DNA from: Thermoguttaceae bacterium | Lineage (GTDB): Bacteria; Planctomycetota; Planctomycetia; Pirellulales; Thermoguttaceae | Assembly (NCBI GenBank): GCA_034005525.1 | Contig: JAVEUP010000021.1 | Span: 1,557 to 65,556, forward strand | Length of the DNA stretch: 64,000 nucleotides | Direction of reading: 5' to 3' | Shown: positions 31,389 through 40,828 of the stretch, piece after piece | Layout: the number at the start of each line of letters is the position of its first letter | How positions within the stretch are numbered: the stretch's first letter is position 1 | Made by a program: the position numbers and the translations under genes | Notes under the pieces: generated by a model | Databases searched by the model: none | What the model was told of the DNA's origin: nothing | Seen by the model: the letters and a program-made list of their open reading frames with translations, nothing else

Positions 31389-34300
31389 ATGCCGGTCGAA
31401 GCCAAACCCCTGTTCCGCCCCGACGTGCTCCGGGCCCGCCTGGCCGGGTTCGCGCTGCCTGCGCACGTCGACGCATTCCGCCCGAAACTGGCGCACTGGG
31501 CCGAACTGCTCGCCTCGGGCAAGGCGAACACGTTCACCGAACAGGAAATCCTGCCCGACTTTCTCAGCGACTACTTCTGCGAACTGCTCGGCTATACCCG
31601 CCCGGCCGACGGCGGCCCGCGCTACACCATCTCGCGCGAGAAGCATGTGCAAGTCGAAGGCGAGTTCGCCGACGCCGTGCTGGGCGACTTCGGCCGCGGG
31701 CCGGAACGGTTCATCGTGGCCCTGGAGGGCAAGGGGCCGCGCGACCCGCTCGACCGGCCCTTTGGCGGACGACGCATGTCGGCCGTCGACCAGGGTTACC
31801 GCTACGCCATCAACCTGCCGTGCGACTGGATTATTGTCACCTCCATCCGGCAAACGCGGCTTTATGGGAAGGGCACCGACCAGCAAACCTACGAGCGGTT
31901 CGACACCGAGGACCTGGCGGCCGACGACGACCTGCTCCGCCGCTTCGTCTTCCTGCTGGGCGCCGAGCGCGTTGTGCCCGAGACGGGCCGCTGCCACTTC
32001 GACGACCTGCGGGCCGAGTCGGAGCAGGTGGGCAAGGACCTTACGAAGGAGTTCTACCTCCGCTACGCCGAGATGCGGCAGGACGCCTTCGCCCGCCTCT
32101 GCCGCGACAATCCCGGCGTGCCCCGCCACGACGTGCTCACCTGCGCCCAGAAGCTGCTCGACCGCGTGCTGTTCTGCGCGTTCTGCGAGGACCGCGGCCT
32201 GCTGCCGGGCGAATCGCTCCGCCGGGCCTACGAGCACCGCGACCCCTACCACCCGCGGCCCATCTGGGACAATTTCCGCGGGCTGTTCGGCGCGGTCAAT
32301 CGGGGCAACGCGGGCTTAGGGATCCACGCCTACAACGGCGGGCTGTTCGCCGACGATCCGGTGCTCGACCAACTGGCGGTGGCCGACGAGGTGTGCGCGT
32401 ACTTCCGCGACCTGGGCGATTTCGACTACCGCCCCGCCCACCAGGCCGCCGCCTACGCCCCGGCCGCCGGCAACCGCAGCCTGATCGACGTCGACATCCT
32501 CGGCCATATTTTCGAGCAGTCGATCACCGACCTGGAGAACCTGCGCAACGAGCTGGACGCGCTGGCCGAGCCGGCCGTTGCCGAGAAACGCAAGACGCGG
32601 CGCAAGAAGGAGGGCGCGTTCTACACGCCTGCGTTCATTACCCGGTACATCATCGAGCAGGCACTCGGCGGCGTGCTGAGCGAACGCCTGGAGCGGCTTC
32701 GTCAGTCGCACGAGCAGGAAGCCCGCGGCTCGGCGCGCAAGGCGCTTGCCGATCCGCGGGTGTACACGCTGGACGCGCTGAAGAAACCGGAGCGTGCGGC
32801 CCTGGTGCGATTCTGGGAGGCGTGGCAGGACGAGTTGGCCTCGGTACGGCTGTTGGACCCGGCCTGCGGCAGCGGCGCGTTCCTCATCGAGGCGTTCGAC
32901 CAGTTGCACGCCGCCTACCAGGCGTCGAACGACCGGCTGGCCGAGTTGCGCGGGCATCGGACCCTGTTCGACCTGGACAAGCGGATCCTGGAGAACAACC
33001 TGTACGGCGTGGACCTCAACGAAGAGGCCATCGAAATCTGCCGCCTGAGCCTATGGATCAAGACGGCCCAGCGCGGCAAGGTGCTCACCAGCCTCGACCA
33101 CACCATCCGCGTCGGCAACAGCATCGTCGCCGACCCGGCGCATTGCGAGAAGGCGTTCGACTGGCAGGCCGAGTTCCCCGAGGTGTTCGCGCAGGGCGGG
33201 TTCGACGTCGTGGTGGCCAACCCGCCCTACGTGCGGCAGGAACTGCTCAGCCCGATCAAGCCGTACCTGGAAGGCGCCTACCGTGCGTACCACGGCATGG
33301 CCGACCTGTACGTCTACTTCTACGAGTTGGGCCTCAGGCTGCTGAAGCCGGGCGGGCTGCTCTCCTACGTCGTGACCAACAAGTGGATGAAGGCCGGCTA
33401 CGCCGAGCCGTTGCGCCGGTTCTTCCAGGACGCGGCGTGGATCGAGTCGGTCGTGGACTTCGGACACGCGAAGCAGATCTTCGAGCAGGCCGACGTCTTT
33501 CCCTCCATTCTCGTCGCCCGCCGCCCCACCACCGCCCCTAAGCCCGCCACCGCCCTGCTTTGCGCCATCCCCCGCGAGCAACTGCGCGTCGACGATTTGA
33601 GCCGGCAAGTGCAAGAGGAAAGCGCGGCGTTGCCTGTCTCGCAACTTGCGGTTGAAGGTTGGCAGCTTGAACCGGCCGGGGTTAGCAAACTGCTGGAGAA
33701 GATCAAGGCACAAGGGGTGCCGCTGGTGGAGTATGTGGGGGTGGCACCGCTGACAGGTATCAAGACTGCTTTCAATGATGCCTACCTGATCGACACCTCC
33801 ACTAAAGAGGCATTGGTGAAAGCCGACCCGAACTCTGTGCCGCTGATACGCCCGTATGTTCGCGGAGCCGATATTGGCCGATGGGCTCTGAACTGGGACC
33901 AACTCTGGATGATAACGATGAAATCAAGCGGCGATCATCCTTGGCCGTGGGCAGAGGCAGGTGAAAGCGCTGAAGCCGTTTTTCGGGACACATATCCCGC
34001 GCTGCACGCACATTTCGCCAAATACGAAGCACCATTGAAGAAGCGGCTGGATCAAGGCCGGTACTGGTGGGAGTTGCGTTCATGCGCCTACTGGGACAAG
34101 TTCTCGGCGCCAAAGCTGTACTACCAGCTTATCCAGTTCCATCCATGCTATGCGGTCGATAGGAATGGCACGTTTGGAAACAACAAGACGGCGTTTGTAC
34201 CGGCAAATGATCTCTATCTGTTGGGTGTTCTCAACTCGCCTCTGATGTGGTGGCACAATTGGCGCCATTTGCCGCACATGAAGGACGAAGCCCTTGCGCC

Positions 34301-34754
34301 AAACCCAACCGTTCTGAACTCCATTCCGATAGCCGAAGCGACTGACGGTACTCGCGCCGAAGTCGAGAAGGCGGTAAGCCGCCTGGTTGAGGTTGCTCAG
34401 CTTCACCAATCGACCCGCCGCCAGCTTCTCGACTGGCTCCGGGTGGAGCACGAGGTGGCCAAGCCGAGTTTGAAGCTCCGCTCGCTGTTGGACCTCGACA
34501 GCGACGCCTTCGTAGCGGAAGTCCGCAAAGTGCGCGGGCGGAAGCGGCCCCTCTCCTCCGCCGCGCTGGCCAACCTCCGCGACGAGCACACTCGCTCCAT
34601 CGCCCCCATGCACACCCTCGCCACCGAAGCCCTCCGCCTCGAACACCGCCTCAGCGACCTCGTCAACGCCGCCTACCACCTCACCACCGCCGAAACCGCG
34701 CTGCTCTGGCAAACGGCGCCGCCGAGAATGCCGATTGGCGGGCCGGGGGAATAA
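31389..34754 (+). CDS. Type IIG restriction enzyme / N6-adenine DNA methyltransferase (Eco57I-family methylase with a TaqI-like C-terminal specificity domain and an N-terminal PD-(D/E)xK-like module)
   Basis: Start at the internal ATG at 31389. Motif I LLDPACGSGAFLIEAF and motif IV VVANPPYVRQE. N-terminal FADAVLG...FIVALEGKG (D...E-x-K). TRD-like block VEYVGVAPLTGIKTAFNDAYLID. Confidence 0.85.
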   Translation: MPVEAKPLFRPDVLRARLAGFALPAHVDAFRPKLAHWAELLASGKANTFTEQEILPDFLSDYFCELLGYTRPADGGPRYTISREKHVQVEGEFADAVLGDFGRGPERFIVALEGKGPRDPLDRPFGGRRMSAVDQGYRYAINLPCDWIIVTSIRQTRLYGKGTDQQTYERFDTEDLAADDDLLRRFVFLLGAERVVPETGRCHFDDLRAESEQVGKDLTKEFYLRYAEMRQDAFARLCRDNPGVPRHDVLTCAQKLLDRVLFCAFCEDRGLLPGESLRRAYEHRDPYHPRPIWDNFRGLFGAVNRGNAGLGIHAYNGGLFADDPVLDQLAVADEVCAYFRDLGDFDYRPAHQAAAYAPAAGNRSLIDVDILGHIFEQSITDLENLRNELDALAEPAVAEKRKTRRKKEGAFYTPAFITRYIIEQALGGVLSERLERLRQSHEQEARGSARKALADPRVYTLDALKKPERAALVRFWEAWQDELASVRLLDPACGSGAFLIEAFDQLHAAYQASNDRLAELRGHRTLFDLDKRILENNLYGVDLNEEAIEICRLSLWIKTAQRGKVLTSLDHTIRVGNSIVADPAHCEKAFDWQAEFPEVFAQGGFDVVVANPPYVRQELLSPIKPYLEGAYRAYHGMADLYVYFYELGLRLLKPGGLLSYVVTNKWMKAGYAEPLRRFFQDAAWIESVVDFGHAKQIFEQADVFPSILVARRPTTAPKPATALLCAIPREQLRVDDLSRQVQEESAALPVSQLAVEGWQLEPAGVSKLLEKIKAQGVPLVEYVGVAPLTGIKTAFNDAYLIDTSTKEALVKADPNSVPLIRPYVRGADIGRWALNWDQLWMITMKSSGDHPWPWAEAGESAEAVFRDTYPALHAHFAKYEAPLKKRLDQGRYWWELRSCAYWDKFSAPKLYYQLIQFHPCYAVDRNGTFGNNKTAFVPANDLYLLGVLNSPLMWWHNWRHLPHMKDEALAPNPTVLNSIPIAEATDGTRAEVEKAVSRLVEVAQLHQSTRRQLLDWLRVEHEVAKPSLKLRSLLDLDSDAFVAEVRKVRGRKRPLSSAALANLRDEHTRSIAPMHTLATEALRLEHRLSDLVNAAYHLTTAETALLWQTAPPRMPIGGPGE

Positions 34755-34801
34755 CGCCCCACGCTTTGCCACCCGGCCGGCCTTGCGCGGCGTTATCTTT
34801 T
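34751..34801. terminator. Possible bidirectional terminator hairpin between the converging methyltransferase and higA genes
   Basis: ATAACGCC (34751-34758) pairs with GGCGTTAT (34789-34796) around an inner CCGGCCGG-containing loop. CTTTT follows on the plus strand. Confidence 0.35.
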
Positions 34802-34863
34802 CGTGCCGAAGGCAGAGCCCCAAATCAGCCCGCGGTGGACCGGGGTATAGCAGACACATCGTC

Positions 34864-35190
34864 TTACCGAAGTGTGCCAACCTCCGGATCTTTCGCCGTC
34901 AGCTCCACGGTGACTTTCTTCTGCAGGGCCTCTGCAATACGGCTGAGCATTGACAGAGAATGGCCGTCATAGTCGGAATCTTCAAGACGGCTGATGACCG
35001 ATTGTGTTGTGCCCACAAGCTCGGCTAGCTGCTTTTGGGTTAGCCCGGCGTCGGTCCTCGCAGAGTGAATTAGGCCGGCGATCTCAGCATTCACGCGCTC
35101 GGCTTCGACGGACGCCTTTCTCTCCGGATCGTTCTTTACGTATCTGTTGCGGAGGATTTCCGCTGCGTTGCAGGTTGTTCTCTTAGCCAT
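34864..35190 (-). CDS. higA: HigA-type antitoxin (XRE-family HTH)
   Basis: Start at the internal ATG at 35190. HTH GLTQKQLAELVGTTQSVISRLE. 8-bp overlap with the upstream toxin gene. Confidence 0.85.
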   Translation of the reverse strand: MAKRTTCNAAEILRNRYVKNDPERKASVEAERVNAEIAGLIHSARTDAGLTQKQLAELVGTTQSVISRLEDSDYDGHSLSMLSRIAEALQKKVTVELTAKDPEVGTLR

Positions 35191-35557
35191 CGGTTTGCTC
35201 CTTGTAGGTGTGCCGCTCAGGGTCGTGCTTGAACTGCATGCTGCGTGATAGGGCCAAGTCGATGTCCCGATCCGGCACAATGTTCTCCTTGGTCAGTCCA
35301 TGCGACACCACCGCCATCTGATTGTGAAAAAAGTAGAGCATTCGGTAGTTGACGCTTCGGTGCCGCACCCGTAGTTCATAGATGCCATCCCGCAGGTAGT
35401 CTGCCGCTGGCCGGCGAAGTTCGTGGCCATGCTCCTCCAGCCGTTCGATCCACACCAGGCACTTGTCTTGGACCTTGCGTTCCTGATTGTCCAGCCAATC
35501 CAGCAACGGGGCACTTCCATTGTCATCAGCGAAAAACACTACGTCTGTCTTGGGCAT
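35183..35557 (-). CDS. higB: HigB-type toxin (RelE/ParE superfamily, phage Gp49-like)
   Basis: 124 aa. The pattern FFADDNGSAPLLDWL...LRDGIYELRVRHRSVNYRMLYFFH is typical of Gp49/HigB-like toxins. Toxin-first order. Confidence 0.85.
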   Translation of the reverse strand: MPKTDVVFFADDNGSAPLLDWLDNQERKVQDKCLVWIERLEEHGHELRRPAADYLRDGIYELRVRHRSVNYRMLYFFHNQMAVVSHGLTKENIVPDRDIDLALSRSMQFKHDPERHTYKEQTDG

Positions 35558-35710
35558 CGTTGCCTCCCCAATTTCCGGGCGGCCTGTATGCAGGCGCTTG
35601 CCAAATGTCTCCGGCCGACTGGGCCGAATCGCAGAACTTGCCAGCCAAAACGGTCGGTTCCCAAAGCATCGCTACCTCCACTAGCTACGTGCGTTTTGAT
35701 CCCACCACAA

Positions 35711-35754
35711 GTATCGCATATTTGCGATACGAAGTCAACGCAATTTTGCGATAT
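35711..35754. promoter_or_regulatory. Candidate operator upstream of higBA: palindrome GTATCGCA-tatt-TGCGATAC plus a third TTGCGATA half-site
   Basis: The 8-bp arms are perfect at 35711-35730. TTGCGATA repeats at 35746-35753. The site is about 155-195 nt upstream of the higB ATG. Confidence 0.35.
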
Positions 35755-36056
35755 TCCAGGTCGGTGAGTAGCCGGACGCGGGAGCGTACCTAAATGACTG
35801 GTAGGAAAGGACTTATGGAGGAACGCACGCGGGTTAAGGGGCCTTCCCGTGCCAGAATGTGCTGGACTTCTTGGTCGCACTGCCCGATTAGGCACGGCGA
35901 GCCAGCAGCAAGTGCCCCCGTATGGGTGATTATGCTCTCCATCGCTGGCAGGAGTTCGCCGGTTGACCCTGTCCACACGCTCAGCCACGAAATGGCACGC
36001 CCGGCGCTGATCCAGTACGGTCAGTCGCTAGGATCAATCAAGGCCCTTTCCGAATG

Positions 36057-36240
36057 CCGCGACGAGCACATCCGCTCCATCGCCCCCATGCGTCCCCTAG
36101 CCGCCGAAGCCCTTCGCCTCGAACACCGCCTCAGCGACCTGGTCAACGCCGCCTACCACCTCACTCCCGACGAAATCGCGCTGCTCTGGCAAACCGCCCC
36201 GCCGAGGATGCCGATCGGCGGGCCAAGCGACGGTAAATAA
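36057..36240 (+). pseudogene. Detached second copy of the last ~60 codons of the type IIG methyltransferase gene
   Basis: 36057-36224 aligns colinearly with 34577-34744. I hand-counted about 17 mismatches in 168 nt. It encodes RDEHIRSIAPMRPLAAEALRLEHRLSDLVNAAYHLTPDEIALLWQTAPPRMPIGGP. No methyltransferase body lies upstream. Confidence 0.7.
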
Positions 36241-36430
36241 TTACGTGGGTCTTAGCTGGGCAACGGTCGTCCTTGCAATCCCGTCCTCGCAATCTCCAGC
36301 TTGTGCCAAGATGTGAGCCAGGGTACACTGGTAATGGTGGACATTTGCGAGCGGAACGTCGGCACATCCGTTGGCGGAGCCGGCATGTTGCTGCTCTCGC
36401 ACTTGCCAGTTGTACAAGAACGGGGCCTGT

Positions 36431-36667
36431 ATGAATCGCATCGTAGTCAAATCGAGGATCGGCAGCGACGGCATCCTGCAATTGGCGTTGCCCGTCGGAC
36501 CGGCCGATGCTGACCGAGAGGTTCAGGTTTCGGTCGAACCGGTCGCCCCGGCGGCCCTGTCGCCCGACGAGTGGCGCCGCCGCGTTTTCGAGACGGCTGG
36601 AAAGTGGGAGGGACCGCTGGAGCGGCCGGAGCAGGGGGAATACGAACAGCGGGAGCCGCTAGGGTGA
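36431..36667 (+). CDS. Small antitoxin-like protein (VapB position)
   Basis: 78 aa from ATG 36431 (MNRIVVKSRIGSDGILQLALP...). Its stop overlaps the GTG of a PIN-like reading frame (GTGA). Confidence 0.6.
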   Translation: MNRIVVKSRIGSDGILQLALPVGPADADREVQVSVEPVAPAALSPDEWRRRVFETAGKWEGPLERPEQGEYEQREPLG

Positions 36668-36762
36668 GCCACCTGCTGGACACCAACTCTTTCATCGACC
36701 ACCTTCACAACACGTCCGAGTTCAGCCGCATACCGGGCTTGCTCCTTGAGGACTGGCAGTAG
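36664..36762 (+). pseudogene. Truncated vapC (PIN) remnant, only about 32 codons
   Basis: VSHLLDTNSFIDHLHN... is a canonical PIN N-terminus but ends after 32 aa, 55 nt before the 3-prime end of mcrC. Confidence 0.5.
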
Positions 36763-36817
36763 ATTTGCCAGCCCGACTGGAGCAGCTTGCGTCACGCAAC
36801 CGTGGATGGCTCCCGCG

Positions 36818-38206
36818 TCATGCTCGCCGTTGAACTGTTGCAGCAATCCATTCGCGGAGGCGGTCGGCTGCTGCCCGCTTCACGTCTTTCAAAGATTGAC
36901 GCCGTTGGAGCAAGTTGATCGCAAGTACGGCCACACGGACGTGACCATCGCATGGCGGAACTGCAAAGTGGAAGTTGTCCAGCCATTCGAAAGGCTGTCC
37001 GTCCATGTTCCAGAAGGGAACCACGAAGAAGCCACACGAGGCGCCATAGAGTCGCATGTAAACATAAAGCTGATTCCAGTCAGCAGAACGAATGCAAACT
37101 CGCAGAACCTCTTCGCCACTGGCAAGTTGTGAGGTCATCGCCCTTTCCAAAACATCCTTATACTTCGCATCCCCTACAGCGTACGATTCCTGTGACTTCC
37201 ACAAGACAATGTCTGGCTCATGCACCTGGTGCTGTTGCCCGCTAAGGAACGGCCTGGAATTGCAAAATGCGGCTTGCCAGGTCGCATCGGGCAACGCGGC
37301 CTGCGCAATCACTTCGGCAAATCGTTCAAAGGCACGATTGGCATCGAGAGCCAGCGAAGGGGCTTGGCCGCCTGGGGACGGCAAATCGCTGCCTCGCAGC
37401 AGCAGGCGTGCCCAAGCCATGGCCCGCCGATAGACGCGCGACGTCCGTTCGAGTCGCGCCTTCCGAAGGTCTGCAGACGTAATGGACACTTCTTCGACAC
37501 CGCTGAACCACGGTAAGAGCTTTTGGAACGGTTCCCACACCGACGCACCCACTCCAGGGTCAAGGGCTGCGGCAACGCGCTGGAGTCGGCGGGCGGCAGC
37601 CCAAAGAATGCGATTATCCCAGTTGTCAACCGTGAACTCTTCCCAACGGCATGGAAGCACATGCGGCTTGCCGCGAAGCGCCCCCCGCACATAGCCTGCA
37701 AGGTGAAGCCGGCCCCGAATGTGGCTGCGCAGCTCCGCTTCCTCCTTGCGGTAGTACGCGCGAAAGTCCCGACGGCACAGTTCTTGAAGCAACTGCGCAT
37801 AGTGCCTGGCAAGAAACAGGAGGAACGGATGTGGGCCTAGTTGTCCTTCCCACCCTGGGACATCCTCCGGTGGCGTTTCGCCTTCACCCAGTGCAAGCAG
37901 TTCTAAAAAACGCAAGAGACCAAGGCGCGGCTCTTGTCGGCAGCCCTTTGGGGCGATCAGCAAGAGGTGCATTCCGTCCTCATCGCCGAATGGCAACAGC
38001 CCAACGTAATGAGATGCGCCAATATGCAGGCGGTCCTCATCGAAAGAGCGCACCAACCATTGGGCTGTCAAATACGGCTCGAGGTGTTCCTTGCGATGAA
38101 ATAGGAGGGCTGCCTCGTCCCGGTCGGCACAGGTGTCATACTCGAAAAGTGTCACCTCGCGAGGGAGGACAACAGCGGGCAAATTTGCGGTACCTTCAGC
38201 ACTCAT
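36818..38206 (-). CDS. mcrC: McrC (nuclease subunit of a McrBC type IV restriction system)
   Basis: Start at ATG 38206, overlapping the mcrB stop (ATGA). PD-(D/E)xK block HEPDIVLW...YAVGDAKYKD. Confidence 0.85.
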   Translation of the reverse strand: MSAEGTANLPAVVLPREVTLFEYDTCADRDEAALLFHRKEHLEPYLTAQWLVRSFDEDRLHIGASHYVGLLPFGDEDGMHLLLIAPKGCRQEPRLGLLRFLELLALGEGETPPEDVPGWEGQLGPHPFLLFLARHYAQLLQELCRRDFRAYYRKEEAELRSHIRGRLHLAGYVRGALRGKPHVLPCRWEEFTVDNWDNRILWAAARRLQRVAAALDPGVGASVWEPFQKLLPWFSGVEEVSITSADLRKARLERTSRVYRRAMAWARLLLRGSDLPSPGGQAPSLALDANRAFERFAEVIAQAALPDATWQAAFCNSRPFLSGQQHQVHEPDIVLWKSQESYAVGDAKYKDVLERAMTSQLASGEEVLRVCIRSADWNQLYVYMRLYGASCGFFVVPFWNMDGQPFEWLDNFHFAVPPCDGHVRVAVLAINLLQRRQSLKDVKRAAADRLREWIAATVQRRA

Positions 38207-39429
38207 GGCTGTGGCAGAACCTGATCCAACGGGTGTAACCATTTACCGAGGGTATCTGCTCCCAGATTCAAGAGCTGGGCATATTCGCGAAGCAGCGGCT
38301 GCACCTGATGTTCCCATTTCATCCGGACCTGTTGCTGGGCAACCTCGCCCGACGCATCCGCGTTCGGAAGAAAATAGGAGTGACCGATCCCCATTTCCGC
38401 CTCAGCATTGCGGTCGTTGCCCGTGTTGAGCATGGCATTGAGCTGCTCCATGAGTTTCACCAAACGCTCGCCGTAGCTTTCTTCTTGTGCGCCGTGCCAG
38501 ACCTTCCGAATGACCTCCGAATCCGGTCCAACGTGACAAAGGCCAAAACGTCGACGGATGGCGACATCGATATGACCAATGGAACGATCCGCAGAGTTCA
38601 TCGTTGCGATGATATACAGGTTGCCGGGTACGATCAAGTCCGCGCGTTCCTCGCACACGAACGGCAGCGTCACCGGTTGATTACGATACTCGAGCGCATA
38701 AACCAGTTCGCCAAGCAGTTTTGGCAGGTTGCCACGGTTGATCTCATCAATCACCAACACGACAGGCTGGGCGTGCGACCCCGTGGAGCGCTGTTCGGCC
38801 CGGCGGCAAAGCTGCAGGAAGATTCCCCCTTTCACCTGAAACGCGAGTGTGCCGTCCTTTACTATCGGTTCGATGCCGCCCACAAACTGTTCATACTCGT
38901 ACGCCGGATGGAAGACGACAAGCTCAAATCGCTTGTCCTCGCGGAAAGGTTGAAGTTGCTTGTCGATCTCTCCTGTTGGGGCCGACTCGGCAGGTTCCTT
39001 CCCGCTGAGGATGGCGAGTGCAGTTCGCTTAGCTTCGCGGGTCTTACCCGTGCCGGGCGGACCGTAGAGAATCACTTGGCGAAATTGGTGCAATAGGTCT
39101 TTCATGGTCGGCCACTTTGTCGGTTCTATTCCTGTAGGTGGTTCTGGTGGTCGTTCGGGATCAAGGTTTGCATCCTTGAGGCAAATTTGGCAGTAGGCAG
39201 TGGGTGTCCTCCCGTGTTCATGCAGCCCATTAAGCAACTCATCCAAGGTCGAACCCCAAATCCTCTTGCGTGGCTCACTGTCTGCGCCCTTTTTGTAGGG
39301 CTGTCCTCCGAACTTGCATGATGTGCGGTGTACCTTCCCGTGTCCATCGATCCAAACGAAGCCTGCTGGCTTCGCCCTAATCCACTCCAAGTATCGGCGT
39401 TCCTCCCCAATCTCGAACCTCTCAATCAT
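38203..39429 (-). CDS. mcrB: McrB-like AAA+ GTPase with a non-canonical ~125-aa N-terminal domain
   Basis: Walker A ILYGPPGTGKT, Walker B LVIDEINRGN, and IIATMNSADRS...AIRRRF. GGGAGAA RBS. Confidence 0.9.
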   Translation of the reverse strand: MIERFEIGEERRYLEWIRAKPAGFVWIDGHGKVHRTSCKFGGQPYKKGADSEPRKRIWGSTLDELLNGLHEHGRTPTAYCQICLKDANLDPERPPEPPTGIEPTKWPTMKDLLHQFRQVILYGPPGTGKTREAKRTALAILSGKEPAESAPTGEIDKQLQPFREDKRFELVVFHPAYEYEQFVGGIEPIVKDGTLAFQVKGGIFLQLCRRAEQRSTGSHAQPVVLVIDEINRGNLPKLLGELVYALEYRNQPVTLPFVCEERADLIVPGNLYIIATMNSADRSIGHIDVAIRRRFGLCHVGPDSEVIRKVWHGAQEESYGERLVKLMEQLNAMLNTGNDRNAEAEMGIGHSYFLPNADASGEVAQQQVRMKWEHQVQPLLREYAQLLNLGADTLGKWLHPLDQVLPQP

Positions 39430-39760
39430 CTACTGTTCTCCCGCCCGGAGGGTTTCCAGCGATAAGGAATCGCATAGCTAGAGGACCCAGGTGCAATCTG
39501 TGGAGTGGCTCCGTGCTCTGGATGGCCGATACTCGCCACCATCCCCATTGCGCGACGCATCTCTCTTGTATCGACGCTTTCCGTGTCTCATCGCCGAGGA
39601 CGCAGTCGCTCCTGTCGGCATCCGACCTCAAGTATGCCGCGGCCGGGGGAAATGGTCAACCCCTCCGTGCAAAGCGACGAATTCAAGAAAATTAGCGCTG
39701 GCGAGTCTCCCCCCCCACCCAAAAACCGTCAGAAGAGGGGGCTTTTCGACGAAAATCGGC

Positions 39761-39789
39761 TTGCTTTATACGCTATTTGCATATATATT
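39761..39789 (+). promoter_or_regulatory. Candidate promoter TTGCTT-N17-TATATT abutting the nucleotidyltransferase gene (possibly a leaderless mRNA)
   Basis: AT-rich patch. -35 at 39761-39766 and -10 at 39784-39789. The ATG at 39798 lies only 8 nt after the -10 element. Confidence 0.3.
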
Positions 39790-39797
39790 TACGTTAT

Positions 39798-40394
39798 ATG
39801 CGTACAAAACCCCTGATCGCCGCGCTGTTCCCGAAGACCCGGCGGTCGGTGCTGGCCGCAACGGTAATGCACCCGGACCGATGGTGGTTCCATGCCGATT
39901 TGGCGCGGCATCTCGGTGTTCCGCCGTCGAGCCTTCAGCGGGAATTGCAGTCGCTGGTCGAAGCGGGCATTCTGATTCGTCGCGAAGAGGGGAAGCACGT
40001 GTACTTCAAGCCCGATCCGAACTGCCCGGTCCTGCCCGAACTCCAGGGGATCATGACGAAGACGCTCGGCCTTGTCGATGTGTTGCGGGCGGCGATGGCG
40101 CCGTTTCAGGACGCGATCCGGGTGGCCTTCGTTTACGGCTCCATCGCACGGTCGGAGGAATTGTCGGAAAGCGACGTGGACCTGATGGTCATCGGCAGCG
40201 CCCAACTGGCCGCCCTGTCGCCCGAGTTTTCGAAGGCCGAGGCAACACTCGGCCGCGAGGTGAACCCGACGGTCTTCTCGCCGGAAGAGTTCTCCAGAAA
40301 GCTGCAAGAGGGGCATCACTTCGTGACATCGGTGGTGCGAGCCGAGAAGCTGTTCGTTACCGGAGGCCCGGATGACTTGGCACGACTTGCTTAG
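39798..40394 (+). CDS. Winged-HTH plus minimal nucleotidyltransferase (MNT) fusion protein
   Basis: wHTH LARHLGVPPSSLQRELQSLVEAGIL, followed by the NTase signature FVYGSIARSEELSESDVDLMVIG. Confidence 0.8.
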   Translation: MRTKPLIAALFPKTRRSVLAATVMHPDRWWFHADLARHLGVPPSSLQRELQSLVEAGILIRREEGKHVYFKPDPNCPVLPELQGIMTKTLGLVDVLRAAMAPFQDAIRVAFVYGSIARSEELSESDVDLMVIGSAQLAALSPEFSKAEATLGREVNPTVFSPEEFSRKLQEGHHFVTSVVRAEKLFVTGGPDDLARLA

Positions 40395-40815
40395 GACGCG
40401 GCGCATCCAGCGCCACAGCACGAGCAAACAGGAACTGGACGCCTTGCGTGCCGTGGTGGAACGCGACTTGAAGGACGCTTCTGTTCCGGAACTGTCGGAA
40501 GACCGGCGGTTTGCGATGGCGTACAACGGTGTGCTGCAACTGGCCACGATGGCGGTGGCCTGTGCCGGCTACCGGGTGACCGCCAAGCAGGGCCATCACG
40601 AGAATACTTTCGTCGCGCTGGAGTTGGCCGCAGGCCCGCAAGTGGCCCCCCTCGCAAAGTACTTCAACACTTGCCGGCGGAAGCGGAACATGGTCGACTA
40701 CAACGTAGCCAGCGTCGTTACGGAAACCGAACTGATGGAACTGTTGGAGAAGGCCGCCGAGTTCAAAACGTTCATCGAGGATTGGATCGCGACGAACCAC
40801 CTGCATCTCACGTAA
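40372..40815 (+). CDS. HEPN-like helical partner of the MNT protein (tentative)
   Basis: 147 aa, overlapping the MNT gene by 23 nt. All-helical composition, with CRRKRNMVDY where HEPN proteins carry R-x4-6-H. Confidence 0.5.
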   Translation: MTWHDLLRTRRIQRHSTSKQELDALRAVVERDLKDASVPELSEDRRFAMAYNGVLQLATMAVACAGYRVTAKQGHHENTFVALELAAGPQVAPLAKYFNTCRRKRNMVDYNVASVVTETELMELLEKAAEFKTFIEDWIATNHLHLT

Positions 40816-40828
40816 CGCTACGGCCACT

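Noticed and set aside
31031-33541. 836-aa alternative-frame ORF within the methyltransferase gene
   Set aside because: It is extremely Arg/Pro/Gly-rich. The overlapping frame carries the canonical methyltransferase motifs.
31389-34754. Interpretation of the large methyltransferase as BREX PglX
   Set aside because: No brxA/B/C, pglZ or brxL genes lie nearby. The N-terminus shows a D...E-x-K nuclease-like motif, which fits a stand-alone type IIG enzyme better.
35794-36240. 148-aa ORF as an intact gene
   Set aside because: Only its last ~60 codons are meaningful (a copy of the methyltransferase C-terminus). The N-terminal part has no RBS or family resemblance, so I treated it as a relic.
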